Of a DNA stretch of 64,000 nucleotides, positions 15,526 through 28,938 are shown in pieces. The DNA comes from Octopus vulgaris (lineage: Eukaryota). Made by a program: the position numbers and the translations under genes. Positions within the stretch are counted from its first letter, which is position 1. Every line of letters starts with the position of its first letter. A model generated the notes under the pieces. That model worked only from the letters and a program-made list of their open reading frames with translations, made no database searches and had not been told where the DNA came from. The stretch is taken from NCBI GenBank assembly GCA_951406725.2, contig OX597818.1, positions 91,140,001 through 91,204,000 of the forward strand. Direction: 5' to 3'.

Positions 15526-15690
15526 TATTAATATTATTATTGTTGTTGTTGTTAATGTAGTAGTAGTAGTAGTACATGTAGTAGTAGTAGTAGTAGTAGT
15601 TGTATTATTATTATTATTATTATTATTATTAGTAGTAGTAGTAGTAGTAGTAGCAGCAGCAGCAGCAGTATTAGCAGTAGTAATACTATA
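15170..15690. repeat. Compound trinucleotide microsatellite (CTT/ATT/GTA/GGT/GCA blocks)
   Basis: Directly visible; source of the poly-F/I/L and poly-N/R/K pseudo-ORFs. Confidence 0.95.
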
Positions 15691-16181
15691 AATTTATTTG
15701 CGTTGAAACAGAATAACATAGCTCTAGGACTTAGAAATATAATTCCTTAATATTTTTATAAGATCTATACTTTACATTAAACAAATGCGCGCGCACACAC
15801 ACATAAACACACAAACACAAATACGGACAGAGACACACGCACACAAATATAAATATATATATATATAATTTCGCAAATATGTAAGGCAGGAACACCTGCA
15901 ATTTGAGGAAAATTGCAAAGTGCTGAATTGTAATTAAAATATTTTTAATGCAGTAAATAAAACTTAATATTTACACACATACACACACACACAAAAAAAC
16001 ACACTCAGAAATATACACACTTATACGCGTATATATAATCAAGATAGTATGTTTCTATAATTGTATTAGCGAGAACGTTGCAAAGTGTATAGGAGTGTGT
16101 TATAGCCAGGTAGGCAAATACATGTGTATAGACTTAATAGACAAAAACATTCGTATGAAATTTATTCATGTACTGTGTATG

Positions 16182-16219
<38 letters not shown>

Positions 16220-16248
16220 GCATATCTTTATTTCTATCTATGTATTTC

Positions 16249-16377
<129 letters not shown>

Positions 16378-16413
16378 CCCTCTCTCTCTCTCTCTGTATA
16401 TATATATGCATAC

Positions 16414-16455
<42 letters not shown>

Positions 16456-17358
16456 GCACACACACACAAATACGTATATATAAGTATATGCTTACATTGT
16501 GTGTATGCGTTTGTGTGTGTTTGTTTGTATTTATGTAGGTATTCGCTAGCATACACATATGCACACTATATATATATATTTTTTTATGTGAAGTTAATGT
16601 TTGATCAATATGTCTAATGTAATAAATATATTTTCCATTACTTGAAGTTTTGCGCCTGAGTCAAGTTCATCGAACGGTAAATTAACGAAATATAAACAAT
16701 GTTTGAAAGTCTAAAATTCTGAACGAATTATCCACGGCATTCACTACCTCGGGGCAGCCTGTTGTAAAATTCCGGTTGATCATATTTATCTGCATCCGGT
16801 AAATGAATCAGACTCTTCTTAGTTTTGTAGATTTACTAATAAGACTGTTTTGCATTTTCGAAATCATTGAAAAAGAAGTATCAGTTTTCATTTTATATAT
16901 GAAAGATGCAAGATCCAGCGAATAAAGCATTCCATTATGTAGATGGATTTCTCTCTCTGCGCTCTTCCCCATATAGGAGAGAAGATGCATTTCTGCTAAT
17001 CAACACCACATGTAAACGTTTGTATACCAATTTGCCCGTGTTATAGATGCATATGTACATACGTACACGCACAAATACGCGCGCGCACGCACAAACACAA
17101 ACACACATACATTCATATACTTATACACGCAGTCATACCTATCTCTCAATCTATCTATTTATTTATCTATCTTTCTGTCTATATATATATTTAGAGCGGC
17201 CATTTGTTTCACACCTATAAAGCGCTTACCTGTATAGGCCCTTTAAAGTTGCGAGATCTCTCCCTAATCGACCATAACAAATAAGTTTAAAAATATATTA
17301 CTGGTGTAATATTTTAGGGCGAGCTTCCTTTTGGATATATAAACTATTACTAGATAAA

Positions 17359-17418
<60 letters not shown>

Positions 17419-17515
17419 ATCGAAACATGAAAACACCAAGAGAAAATACAACAACGCGAGGACGTGGAACCAGTATAGTATTATGTGATGCTCAGGAAAG
17501 AAGGAAAGAAGAAGC

Positions 17516-17550
17516 GTTTAACGTTTCGAGCGGAGCTCTTCGTCAGAAAC
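17516..17550 (-). ncRNA. Minimal PLE-type hammerhead inside a ~220-bp element (17415-17632) between (TA)n tracts; related degenerate copy at 4927-4962(-)
   Basis: rc gttt CTGACGA agagc-tcc-gctc GAAACGTT aaac. Confidence 0.65.
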
Positions 17551-17629
17551 ATAGGAAAAGGAAAGATCCAATGAAGGAAATATAGAGGGAAAAAATCGGC
17601 AACAGTACACACGCGGTCACATTTTGAAA

Positions 17630-17681
<52 letters not shown>

Positions 17682-17700
17682 ATATATATAATTATATATA

Positions 17701-17731
<31 letters not shown>

Positions 17732-17742
17732 ATATACATACA

Positions 17743-19330
17743 AACAGGGTTGGGCAGAGTGGACGAATGTTTGTGAAATTCGCAAAATCATTGATTTTAG
17801 CCGCAAACACCAATGTGTTCGTATTGTATTAGTATTTGTCAAAATTAAGTGTGGAAAACAACATCCATCATGTGGTGTCCGTATTCTTTGATGCATTTCT
17901 GAAGGCGTTCTTCGGAGTTGGTCTCTACTTCCTCCAGCAAGTCATAGTTTGTAAATGATTGTCGTTCAATTTTAATTTATTACTCTTTTTTTTTATTAAC
18001 TATCAATTTTAAGAGTCTGTATTACCATCATATATTTTAATAGCGTCTTGCCCCTATAATTGGTAACTGACATTTTCATTTGGGGTCTTCTCCCAACCAG
18101 CCTCCTTTATAAATAGTTACTTATACATTTTCTAAATTCTGTCAGTATTTACGACAATACCCAAGTATAAAATGTCAGCTCACTCTGACTATCCACAAGA
18201 AATAATCCATGTGTGATTATTTCTTGTGGAAAAACCTCAAGACATGTACGTATGCGTACATTGGACGATTTAAAGGAATTTCGACAGAGGAATTTAAAGG
18301 AATTTCGACATTGGACGATTTAAAGGAATTTCGACAGAGGAATTCGAAATTTCTTTAAATCGTCCAATATACGGGGCTTATGTGCATACGTACATGTCTT
18401 GAGGTTTTTCCACAAGAAATAATCACACTTGGACGAATGAAGAGACCGAAAGGAGGCCAAGAATCGCCATCAAACTTGGAAATGAAGCGGTCACCGAACA
18501 GAGGGCGAAGAACGTCCATTGATGCTTTGGCTGTGTGGGACCTGGCCCCATCCTGCTGAAACCATACACTTCGAATAGGCATAATTCAGGCACAAAGAAG
18601 CTGTTTATCATTCCGATGTAACGCTCGGAGTTCACAGTAGCAGTATTTCCATTATTGTATACAAACCAGTAAGGACTAAAGACGGTAGATTTTCCAATAG
18701 CGCAACAGACCGTCACTTTGTGGCTGTGCAGTGGCCTTTCGTGCCGTTCTCTCAGATTTTCAAGAGCCCAAGAACGATAGTTCTGTTGATTCCCCTTGTT
18801 ATTGAGATGAAAATAAGCTTCACCACTCATTAACAAAATGTGGTTGTCATTTGCCTCAAAAATTGTTTCCATCTGACTTGCGAAGTTAAGCCACTGTGCA
18901 TAGTCCTGTGGTTGCAACTGTTGCCCAATGAGCAATTTATACGGGTGGAAATGAAGGTCTTCATGCAAAATACGCCTTACCGATCGATTACCGATGCCAA
19001 GTTCTGTGGAATACCCCCAGAGCAAAGCGATTTGGACTCCATGTCAAAACTTGTCTCACATGTTCCACATCTTCCGGGATTCGTATTATTAGTGTACCTC
19101 GTGTACGAAGTGCATTCCGCCAACGTAAGATAGTGTAACGGGTGGGAACCTCCTGATTTCGGTGAATGTTGAAGTGGCGCCGAAACTCAGGCTGAACTGC
19201 TATGATAGACTCGTTATTCTTCACTTAATAGTCGTAGGTAATGTTAAAAAAACATTCTTTGCTGAGAAGAGTTATCATTTAGAGAAACTGAAGACATATC
19301 TAGTTCACGCTAGATATGAAACCAATGGTA
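17743..19330 (-). mobile_element. Tc1/mariner (rosa/DD41D-like) transposon, disrupted and rearranged around 17960-18430
   Basis: ORFs 18988..19224, 18423..19025 and 18355..18582: VQPEFRRHF, HFHPYKL, SGEAYFHL, TVNSERY, WFQQDGARSHTA; C-terminus RLQKCIKEYGHH and cagggt.. terminus near 17744. Confidence 0.8.
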
Positions 19331-19379
19331 TTTCACTAAAACTGTTACATTACACATACAGTATTATATATATATATAT

Positions 19380-19997
19380 ATTTGGTTGTAGCTTACTTTT
19401 CTACTTATTTTAGAACATGCTTGAGTCCATAAAATAGGATTTGACTACACCTCCATTTAGAGCAAACTTTATGTTATCTTTTCGTGGAAGAAGGGTTATG
19501 TTCCTATAACATGTGTTAATTCTGTGACCCTTTGAAATGGAAGATAAGAAAGTTCATTTTCTGTATTTGATGCTTTTCTTTTTCCGTAAAGGGAAAATTG
19601 CCTCACAAGCAACCAAAGAAATATGCGCAGTTTACGGTGATGTTTCTTTATCCGAAGGAACTGTACAGAAGTGGTTCGCAAAGTTCCAAGCTGGAGATTG
19701 TAGCCTTATTGATAAAGAGCGATCAGCCAGACCATCTACTACAGATGATGACCAAATCAAGTCATTAATTGAGAATAACCCACATTGTACAACCCAAGAA
19801 TTAGCAGAAAGCCTCAACCTATCAAAATCTGTCGTTCATGTGCACCAGGTAAAGCTTGGGTACACAAATCGCTACGATGTTTGGGCACCACATGTGTTGA
19901 GTCACAAGTATCTTTTGGATCACATTTCCATCTGCGATTCGCTTTATAAACGGAATGAAAACGTGCCTTTTTTAAAGCAAATTTTGACAGGTGATGA
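19380..19997 (+). mobile_element. Mariner transposase 5' half (Mos1/Hsmar1-like HTH)
   Basis: EICAVYG, TVQKWFAKFQAGDCSLIDKERSARP, VWAPHVL, FLKQILTGD in ORF 19537..20145. Confidence 0.85.
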
Positions 19998-20250
19998 TAG
20001 AGAATTTAAAATTTGCCTGAACAATCACAGATCTTCTTTCAAGGTGATGGAGGGTCGCGACAGAATGATACCTGCACCATACGTATGGTGCCTAAAGGAC
20101 GATCATACGGCGTTTAACATCAGGTGGAAATTACTAGAAACTTGAGAACCCTATCGCAATGGAATAAGGGTATGCAAGCAGTGTATGACAGAAACATATA
20201 TAATACTTATGAACTCACATGAGCCAGGGGACTTCCTGAACTCCAGGGCA
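19998..20250 (+). mobile_element. Naiad/Neptune-type PLE GIY-YIG C-terminal fragment
   Basis: EFKICLNNHRSSFK..YVWCLKD..NIRWKLLET*EPYRNGIRVCKQCMTETYII..FLNSR aligns by eye with the C-terminus of ORF 55859..56794. Confidence 0.7.
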
Positions 20251-20502
20251 CAACGCACCACCAAGTCGAACGCATCATCTATTGATCATGTTTGTCACAA
20301 CCAAGCCACTTGGCCACGAATAAGATTCAGTTTGGGCAAATACTGGCTGTGTGCTAAGTAACTTGCTTACCAACAACATGGTTCCGGGTTTAGTCCCACT
20401 GCGTGGCACCTTGGGCAGGTGTCTTCTACTATAGCCTCTAGCCTACCAAAGCCTTGTGAATGGACTTGGTAGACGGAAACTGAAAGAAGCCCGTCGTATA
20501 TG

Positions 20503-20543
<41 letters not shown>

Positions 20544-22020
20544 ATATGCTTGTATGTCTGTGTTTGTTTCGCCCAACATCGCTTGACAACCGATGCTGGT
20601 GTGTTTACGTCCCCATAACTTAGCGGTTCCCCGAAAGAGACTGATTGAATAAATACTAGGCTAACCAAGAATAAGTTCTGGGATCGATTTGCTCGACTAA
20701 AAGGCAGTGCTGCAGCATGGCCACAGTTAAATGACTGAAACAAGTAAAAGAGTAAATGCATCATGGCCAAATTATCTCTTGCCTTCTATATTTGAAACTA
20801 CAGAAGTCGTGAGAGAAAAGTTGTAAACAAGTGTTATCCTTAATAACCTTCAGCTTCTGGTTGCAAGCTCATTATAACAATACCATCAAGACATCACTGG
20901 CATTGTACAGTTATTCTTGTTTGTGAACTGGCACATCAGCCATCGTTATTTAATATTTGTATTCTTCAGTGATTTCAATGCAGAGTCGTGTCTGCGTTGT
21001 TAATCTATTTCGTGTATTTTCTCTTAGTAATAATTATTATAGAAAAATATACTATACGACAAACATTTTCGTATGCTGTACATAAATTATGAAAATATAC
21101 ATAAACCGATCATGCTACGGTAGAAATTCTTGGATGACATATAATTTTATGTGGGCTTTTCAATTTCTGGTAGCGCTCCATCTAGAGACCATCTTCATCT
21201 CTGTCTAATGAATGTAAGTGGAAATCGCAACGTCCTTGTGTTAAAAGGAATTATAAAATTATTTGTTCAACTTCAGAATGAAACTGGTCCGTAGTTATTT
21301 GTTATTCATAAGCATTCCACAGACCTACATTATTCGGACAAAAACGTATGCATACATATGTAACTCTTATAGTTGACGAGATGGCAGAATCGTTAGCACG
21401 CTGGACAGAATGCTTAGCCGTATTTCGCCCGTCCTTACGTTCTGGGTTCAAATTCCACCCGAGGTCGAGTTTGGCCTTCATCCTTTTCTGGGTCGATAAA
21501 ATAAGTACCAGTAAAACACTAAGGTCGATGTAATCAACATAATCCATTTCCCCAAACTCCTCTTGTGGTAAAAATTTGAAATCGTTATAGCTTATAGTGA
21601 CACACACAGGACGTTGCGTTGAATGTACACGGTATACATTTAGTATTTTACTCTGCCTTTACATACGTAATGGCATTTGAGAGATATCACCAGGAGGGTA
21701 ACTTTTATCTTGTATTTGGCATTTGACGAATGACGATTTTTATGTTTTCTTTTTCGTCCATCAATCCAACCGTGATACAGATTAAAATTTACGGTATTAG
21801 ACAGCATGTTATCCTATTGCCGCCGGTTGGCGCTGATACAAATTTCATGCGTACATACATTAGACATACATGCGTGTAGGTGGTGATTGTAAATATGAAA
21901 CTGGCATCAGTACCATCATGCAGTAATTGGACAATATGTTGAGTAATAAATCTGGATACATATATGCATGCATATACACATAAACACACATACACACATG
22001 TATATATACATACATATATA

Positions 22021-22066
<46 letters not shown>

Positions 22067-22080
22067 GCGTATGTATTTAT

Positions 22081-22112
<32 letters not shown>

Positions 22113-22343
22113 GTATGTATATATGCGTACGTATATATACACACACACACATATATTTATATATATATATATATATATATAAGCGTGTACATTTATATGT
22201 ATGTATGTGTATATATATATACATGTATGTATATGTATGTATATATACAAGTATCTATCTCTATATATGTTTGTGGTTGCGGAAATGTACGCATGTATGT
22301 GTGAATGGACGTATGTATGTACATATATTCACACGTACACACC

Positions 22344-22375
<32 letters not shown>

Positions 22376-24014
22376 GATATATATATATATATATATAGAG
22401 ACAGAGAGATATGTGGGTGGGGTGTATATACATGTTTATATACTTATATATGCATACATGTTTGTATATATTTATATGTGTGTGTATATATATATGCATA
22501 CATATATGTATACATATTTATTACACAGTATATTGGTACTGATAACGCTTTCATATGTACATACACCACCCAAAGGTATGTATGTATGTATGTATGTATG
22601 TATGTATGTATGTTTGTATTTATGTATGTATGTTTGTGTGTATGTACAAGGTTTTCAGTTGCAGCACCATCAGTTTATTTATATCTTCATAATTTATACT
22701 TACTGCATACGAAAATGTTTGTCGCATATTATACTTTTCTATAAAGATTATTACCACAAGAAAAAGACATAAAACAGTATATCGATGCAGACATGTCTAT
22801 GCATCGCAATCATTTAAGAATAAAAATATTAAACAGTCATGTCTCGTCTGCTGGTCCACAAAACAAGAATAGAGCAGCAATGTCAGTGATATCGTGATAA
22901 TGTTATAATGAGTTTGTAACCAGACACTGAAAGTTATAAACGCAAAATAGAGGATTGTTTAATGTTATTATTACTTAACGTAGTCAGTAAAGAATAGATT
23001 AAAACGGACACACAGACACAGACACAAAACGCATACATAAGTAAGTACAATCCAATAAGTGATTGTGAGTGCATGGGTGAGTGTGTACGTTGGGTGATGG
23101 TGCATAAGTATTAGCTATTATTTGTGCATTTTCTTGTGTGTGTACCTGTGTACATGTATACATACAGGAATATATGTAAATACATATATGTGTGTATATG
23201 TATGTATATATATATATACATACGTACATACACACACACACAATACATAAACACATGGCTGTGTGGTAAGAAGCTTGCTTCCCAATCACATGATTCCGTG
23301 TTCGGTCCTACTGCATGGCATCATGGGCAACTGGCTCCAACTATAGTCTGGAGAGGACCAAACTTTTGGGAGCGAGGCTATAATAGAAGACACTTGCCCA
23401 AGGTAACACGATGTGGGACTGAACCCGGAACCATGTGGTTGGTAAGCAAGCTACTTACCACACAGCCACTATTTTTCCAAACTGAATCTTATTCGTGGCC
23501 AAGTGGCTTGGTTATTACGATCATGATCAATAGATGGTCCTTTCGACTGGGCGGTGCATTGTACCCTTGAGTGAGACCCATCATTTCGCTTTTCTCCTGT
23601 CTATTCATTACAAACTGAATACCAGCCAATTGCTCACGAAATTTTCTCTCCTCCCTGCAGTCATATCCTTGATGTTCCACTTGGTCAAGATTGGGGAGGC
23701 CAAGAGAGTATTTATGTTTGTTCATGACCATATCCTTCATTCCTCCATGTTTATATAGCATGTCTATCTAGCATGTAAAACCTTGTAATTCCTATTAGTA
23801 AATGAAACGTGTGTAATGTTAAATAAATAATACCAAAACCTTCCAACTATCTTGTTATACAATAACTCTGCAAACAATACCTTACAACAGTACAACAACG
23901 AAAGCAACTACATATTCGATTGCAATAAGGAACTAAACAGATGTACTTCAAAGGGAAACAGCAGTGATTTTACCCTACCAACCTACATTATATATGTGTA
24001 TGTATATATATATA

Positions 24015-24221
24015 TATCATCATCATTATTCGACCGTGGTCGAAACAATGAAATTTACTATGTTACGCCAGACTTTTCGGTCCATCATAGCATTACAGAG
24101 GTCCTGTTGCTGGATGCCTGTATCCCTGGAGATTACATCAGGTTAGGAGAGTTCCAAAGGAGAAGAAATTACCTCGTTTTCAACTCTACAAAAATGTCCA
24201 GCAAACTGGACTCTTCTACCT

Positions 24222-24222
<1 letters not shown>
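24015..24222 (-). mobile_element. RTE-X-like LINE 3' fragment
   Basis: Minus strand gives [11 protein letters not shown] and DVISRDTGIQQQDLCNAMMDRKVWRNIV followed by a (TGA)n tail. Confidence 0.6.
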
Positions 24223-24288
<66 letters not shown>

Positions 24289-24590
24289 ATATATACATAC
24301 ATACACATATATATATATATATATATGAAACGCGGAGTAGATGAAACCATGGCGAATGAAGAAGGGGAATTTTCCTTGGGTTTTAGTTGTCCTGTACTCT
24401 ATTTTTTCGTTGTTTCAGAAAAATGTCCAATTCCTTGGTTTTGTGTTTATCTTTCTCTTTGTATTCGACGTTTATTTTTGGTGTCATGTACCCATATATG
24501 CATGTATATATACATGTAGACATAGGTACGTACATATATGTATGTATATATGCATATGTTTTATTTATTAATTTGTTATATATATATATG

Positions 24591-24694
<104 letters not shown>

Positions 24695-24821
24695 TCTTTT
24701 ACTTGCAGTTGAAGAAATAGCCAAATTTTTGGCTGCTATTTCTGAAAAGTTCGGTGTGTGGTAAAGTGAATTTTTTTACTTTACCATATTTTTATAAATT
24801 ATATATATATATATATATATG

Positions 24822-26238
24822 TGATGGCAATCCTCAAGGTCGAGGATGATGGTCTTCGCGCAAATTTACTGGTGAGTCCGTAGGTGACCGATAAGACCAA
24901 TTCTTGCTTGAAAAGATCGGTCGCAGTGCGGACATCTAGTGCCGGAAGGGAGAGTCGCACGTGGTTGTTGTTGGCGCTCCTTCCGTCGTCGTCTTTTCTC
25001 CTCCAGCTCTGCAGACCTTTTCGACTCGAAAGTCGCCGTTCCCTCATGGATGGTGGTTTTCCAGAGTGGTCTGTTTTTTTGCCGTTTCCTCCCAGTTTGG
25101 GAAGTCGATGTCACACTTTTTGAGGTTCGTTTTCAGGGTGTCCTTGTAGCGTTTCTTCTGGCCTCCTTTTGTACGCTTGCCATCTTTGAGTTGGGAGTAG
25201 AAGATCTGTTTGGGAAGTCGTTCGTCAGTCATTCTAACCACGTGGCCGCTCCATCTTAGTTGGCCTTTGATGACATAGGCTTCGATGCTGATCATTTTTG
25301 CTTCTTGTAGCACGCTGACGTTTGTTCTTCTGTCTTCCCAGCTGATGTTAAGGATCTTCCGAAGACAGCGTTGGTGAAATTTCTCGAGCGTTTTCAGGTG
25401 GTGACTATACGGGGTCTAGGTTTCGGATGCGTAAAGGAGGGTAGGAATAATGATTGCCCTGTACACCATGAGTTTGGTTTCGGTTCGGATGTCCCGATCA
25501 GCAAAAACTCTTGTTCGAAGCTTGACGAAAGCTGTTCCTAAACACTTCAGACGGTGTTGGATTTCATCGCTGAGGTCTACATTTGCTGACAGATGGCCCC
25601 AAGGGAGCAGAAATGGTTCACATTTTCCAGTGGAATTCCTCCGAGTTGAATCGATGGCGGCATGAACCGACATCATCTTCACGCTGCGACAGCTACAAGA
25701 AAAATGTCGTGAGCAACACCAACCGTTCTATTGCTTTTATCGACCTATCCAAAGCCTTTGATCGTGTCTCGCGAGATCTCCTCTGGGACATTCTCGCCCA
25801 GTATGGATGCCCAAATAAGTTCATCCGGATCCTCAAACTCCTCCACGACAATATGCACGCCAGAGTCCAGACCGACGGAGGCAGTTCTGAGCCCTTTAAA
25901 GTCACCTCCGGAGTTGGTGATAGCGCCAACTCCCTTTACCATCTTTATCGCGACAGTGTTGCACCTCATACGAGATGACCTTCCACCTGGCATCGAGATC
26001 TCGTACAGAATGGACGGCAAGCTTTTCAACCTCGCTCGCCTCAAAAGTACGTCAAAGACAATGGCGCGAAGCTAGCTAGAGTTCCAATATGCCGACGACA
26101 ACAGTATAGCAGCTTACAGAGAGGATCACCTCCAACAGATCCTAAATGCTTTTCATCATGCATATACTAAACTTGGACTGAGCATCAACATCAAGAAGAC
26201 TCACTTACCCTACCAACCTCCTCCCAATGCCCGTGTTG
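24822..26238 (-). mobile_element. RTE LINE insertion with an inverted 5' segment (3' part minus 24822-~25660; RT part plus ~25657-26238)
   Basis: Minus: PTLLYASET, LRWSGHVVRM, RLPKQIFY, CPHCDRSFQARIGLIGHLRTHQ. Plus: DIIFTLRQLQEKCREQ, FIDLSKAFD, QYADDN, GLSINIKKT. (TA)n on both flanks. Confidence 0.9.
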
Positions 26239-26378
26239 ACATATATATATATAAGGAAAATAGGACAAAGTAGAAAATGCCAAAGAAGTTTTTACATTAA
26301 GAATATTTTAGTACCGGTTTCAGTCTTAGTTACTAAAATGATAAAATTACCTTAGCATTTTCTACTTTGTCCTGTTTT

Positions 26379-26416
<38 letters not shown>

Positions 26417-26735
26417 CGGATGTTTCGCGTCTGACACCAATACATGTGTGCTACTAACACCGTGCATCTGTGTGCGAGAGTGTCTCATGCCAAGTGCCGC
26501 ATTATTCAGCGTTGTAATAATACATCAACGTTGTTTAGAATATAGGAATTACCATTCGATATTAATGCTACTTTCATCGCTAATGTTTATTATTTTAATA
26601 AGCCTGTTGTTTATTTGCGGCATCATTGACCGAAACGTCACTGTTAATCGTCATATTGTTTACAGTGAGATTTGCCCGATTTCCAGCGACAGGACATATG
26701 TTTGTGAAGTAGCACGATGACGCTGATGTCACACG

Positions 26736-26824
<89 letters not shown>

Positions 26825-26829
26825 GTAGG

Positions 26830-26899
<70 letters not shown>

Positions 26900-27786
26900 T
26901 GTGTGAATAACAACACCAGCCACTAGTAACTAAATAAAGAAACACTAATGATGTTTTAACGGTAAACAATATACATATTTACTAATGATAACAACTGTTT
27001 TCTACGAAGATGCAGGCATCTCAAATCTTTTGAAAAGTCAGTATCGGCCAATATATGAGTACAAGCCGTCGATTACGCACACACACACACGCACATACAC
27101 ACACATGCACGTACACTGTTAACGAGTTTTTGCATTGTATGCGCACAACTGTATTGCAATTACATACTCGCGTTAAATTTTAATAACACACCAATATATG
27201 CATATCTGGTAAATTGGAATTCCTAATGTCAGTGTGTATTTGCGATTTGGCTGCGTGTGTACAATAATGCAAAATAAATCAGATAAAACCAGGAAACCAT
27301 TAAGTAATGTTACGTCAAATGGAACATAAACAACTGTATAGTAACAAGACTCTTACCAATTTTAATGGAGTAATTTTCAAAGAAAAATATGTAATTGTTT
27401 CCATTATGCATATTTACCGACATATTTACATTAGATTAATTTTCATTTCTTCAACTGATTTTCAGTTAAAAGCGCCAATTCAAGAATATAGGGCACTTAA
27501 TTGTTTTGTGTAATAAAAAGGAAATATAATTTGTTAATTTCCATGTATGCATTGATCTGGAAAAGTAATAATTTTTTAAATCGGCAATTACATATAATAG
27601 AGGAAATAAATATAGTGCATCGGTGCACATAAGTATATAATTATAGGTATACACATGCAAACACATATATGGATAAACGCATGCATGCTCTTAATTATTG
27701 TTTATACATACAAACGCATATATATATATATATGTGTGTGTGTATGTGTATATGTATGTATATATATATATATATGTATATGTATG

Positions 27787-27833
<47 letters not shown>

Positions 27834-28195
27834 CTATACATACGTATAATTATACACAAACATACATATTTATATTGATATGCTCGTTTATATGTATATG
27901 CATGAGTTTAATGCATATATATATATACATTATCGCACGCAGTATTGATAATAGTTGATATTATAATTCTGTCCACAGTGCATTGATTTACGCACACCTA
28001 ACAAGTGCATTATACATGACAATTTCCTATAATACATTTATGATAAATAGAGACCTACATTAACAAGTAGTTAAACTTCTGTTAATGAGGAACAGATACA
28101 ATACATATTGTACAATATATAATAGAGATTACTCACAATATGTACTTGCATTAATCAATATATTTCTTTATATATGACTATATAAATATATATGT

Positions 28196-28450
28196 GGAGG
28201 CGTGTGGCTTAGTGGTTAGGGTGTCAGCATCATGATCGTAAGATTGTTGTTTCGATTCCTGGATCGGACAACGTGTTGTGTTCTTGAGCAAAACACTTCA
28301 TTTCACGTTCCTCCAGTCAGTCCACTCAGCTGGCGAAAATGAATAACGCTTCGATGGACTGGCGTCCCGTCCAGCTGGGGGAACATATACGCCATTGAAA
28401 CCGGGAAACCAGGTCCATGACCCTGGCTAGGCTTTAAAAGGGCGCATTTA
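28196..28450 (+). mobile_element. tRNA-derived SINE family C. Related copies: 48790-49140(-), ~39283-39400(+), ~53260-53340(+); a different tRNA-SINE with (CAA)n tail at 50860-51095(-)
   Basis: A box tggcttagtgg, B box gtttcgattcc, shared gttcttgagcaa.acactt.atttcacgtt core. Confidence 0.75.
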
Positions 28451-28857
28451 TTTGTTTAAATCATACAAATTACCCTGTTTTTTATAAATCTTAATTCTTC
28501 AGTGAATGGAGATAAAGTCGGACTTTGTCGAATTGGGATAAGGTCCTGTTTATGAAGATTGTTGAGCCAGAAACACATGTCCGTGCTCAGCCTCTTATCT
28601 TGAGACTATAAGCCTATGATGGTAGGTTAATCTTGTAGAAATACTTGAAACTTGACATTATATCTCTTTCTGGAGACTATTGTTATTTGGTAATTACCAT
28701 GCATCATCTGGAGAGAGAGACAATTTCAATAAATCGAGAATTTTTATTGTATATTTGACATACAAAAATATATATATATATGTATGTGTATACATATGTA
28801 TGTTTCTCTGTATGTATGCATGTATGTATGTATCTATCTATCTGTCTGTCTGTCTAT

Positions 28858-28938
<81 letters not shown>

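Noticed and set aside
18268-18337. Short repeated units resembling a CRISPR array
   Set aside because: Eukaryotic context, only three units, spacers are themselves duplicated transposon sequence, no cas genes
23489-23761. 90-aa minus-strand ORF of ordinary composition (also 50482-50946 and 61668-61874)
   Set aside because: No recognisable motif or exon context; probably decayed repeats
28196-28270. tRNA-like sequences (also 49065-49140 and 51020-51095)
   Set aside because: A/B boxes present but cloverleafs are imperfect and continue into repeat bodies; these are SINE heads, not tRNA genes
28540-28592. atgaaga..GAAACACATGTC hammerhead-like string
   Set aside because: Core mutated and no convincing stem I or II
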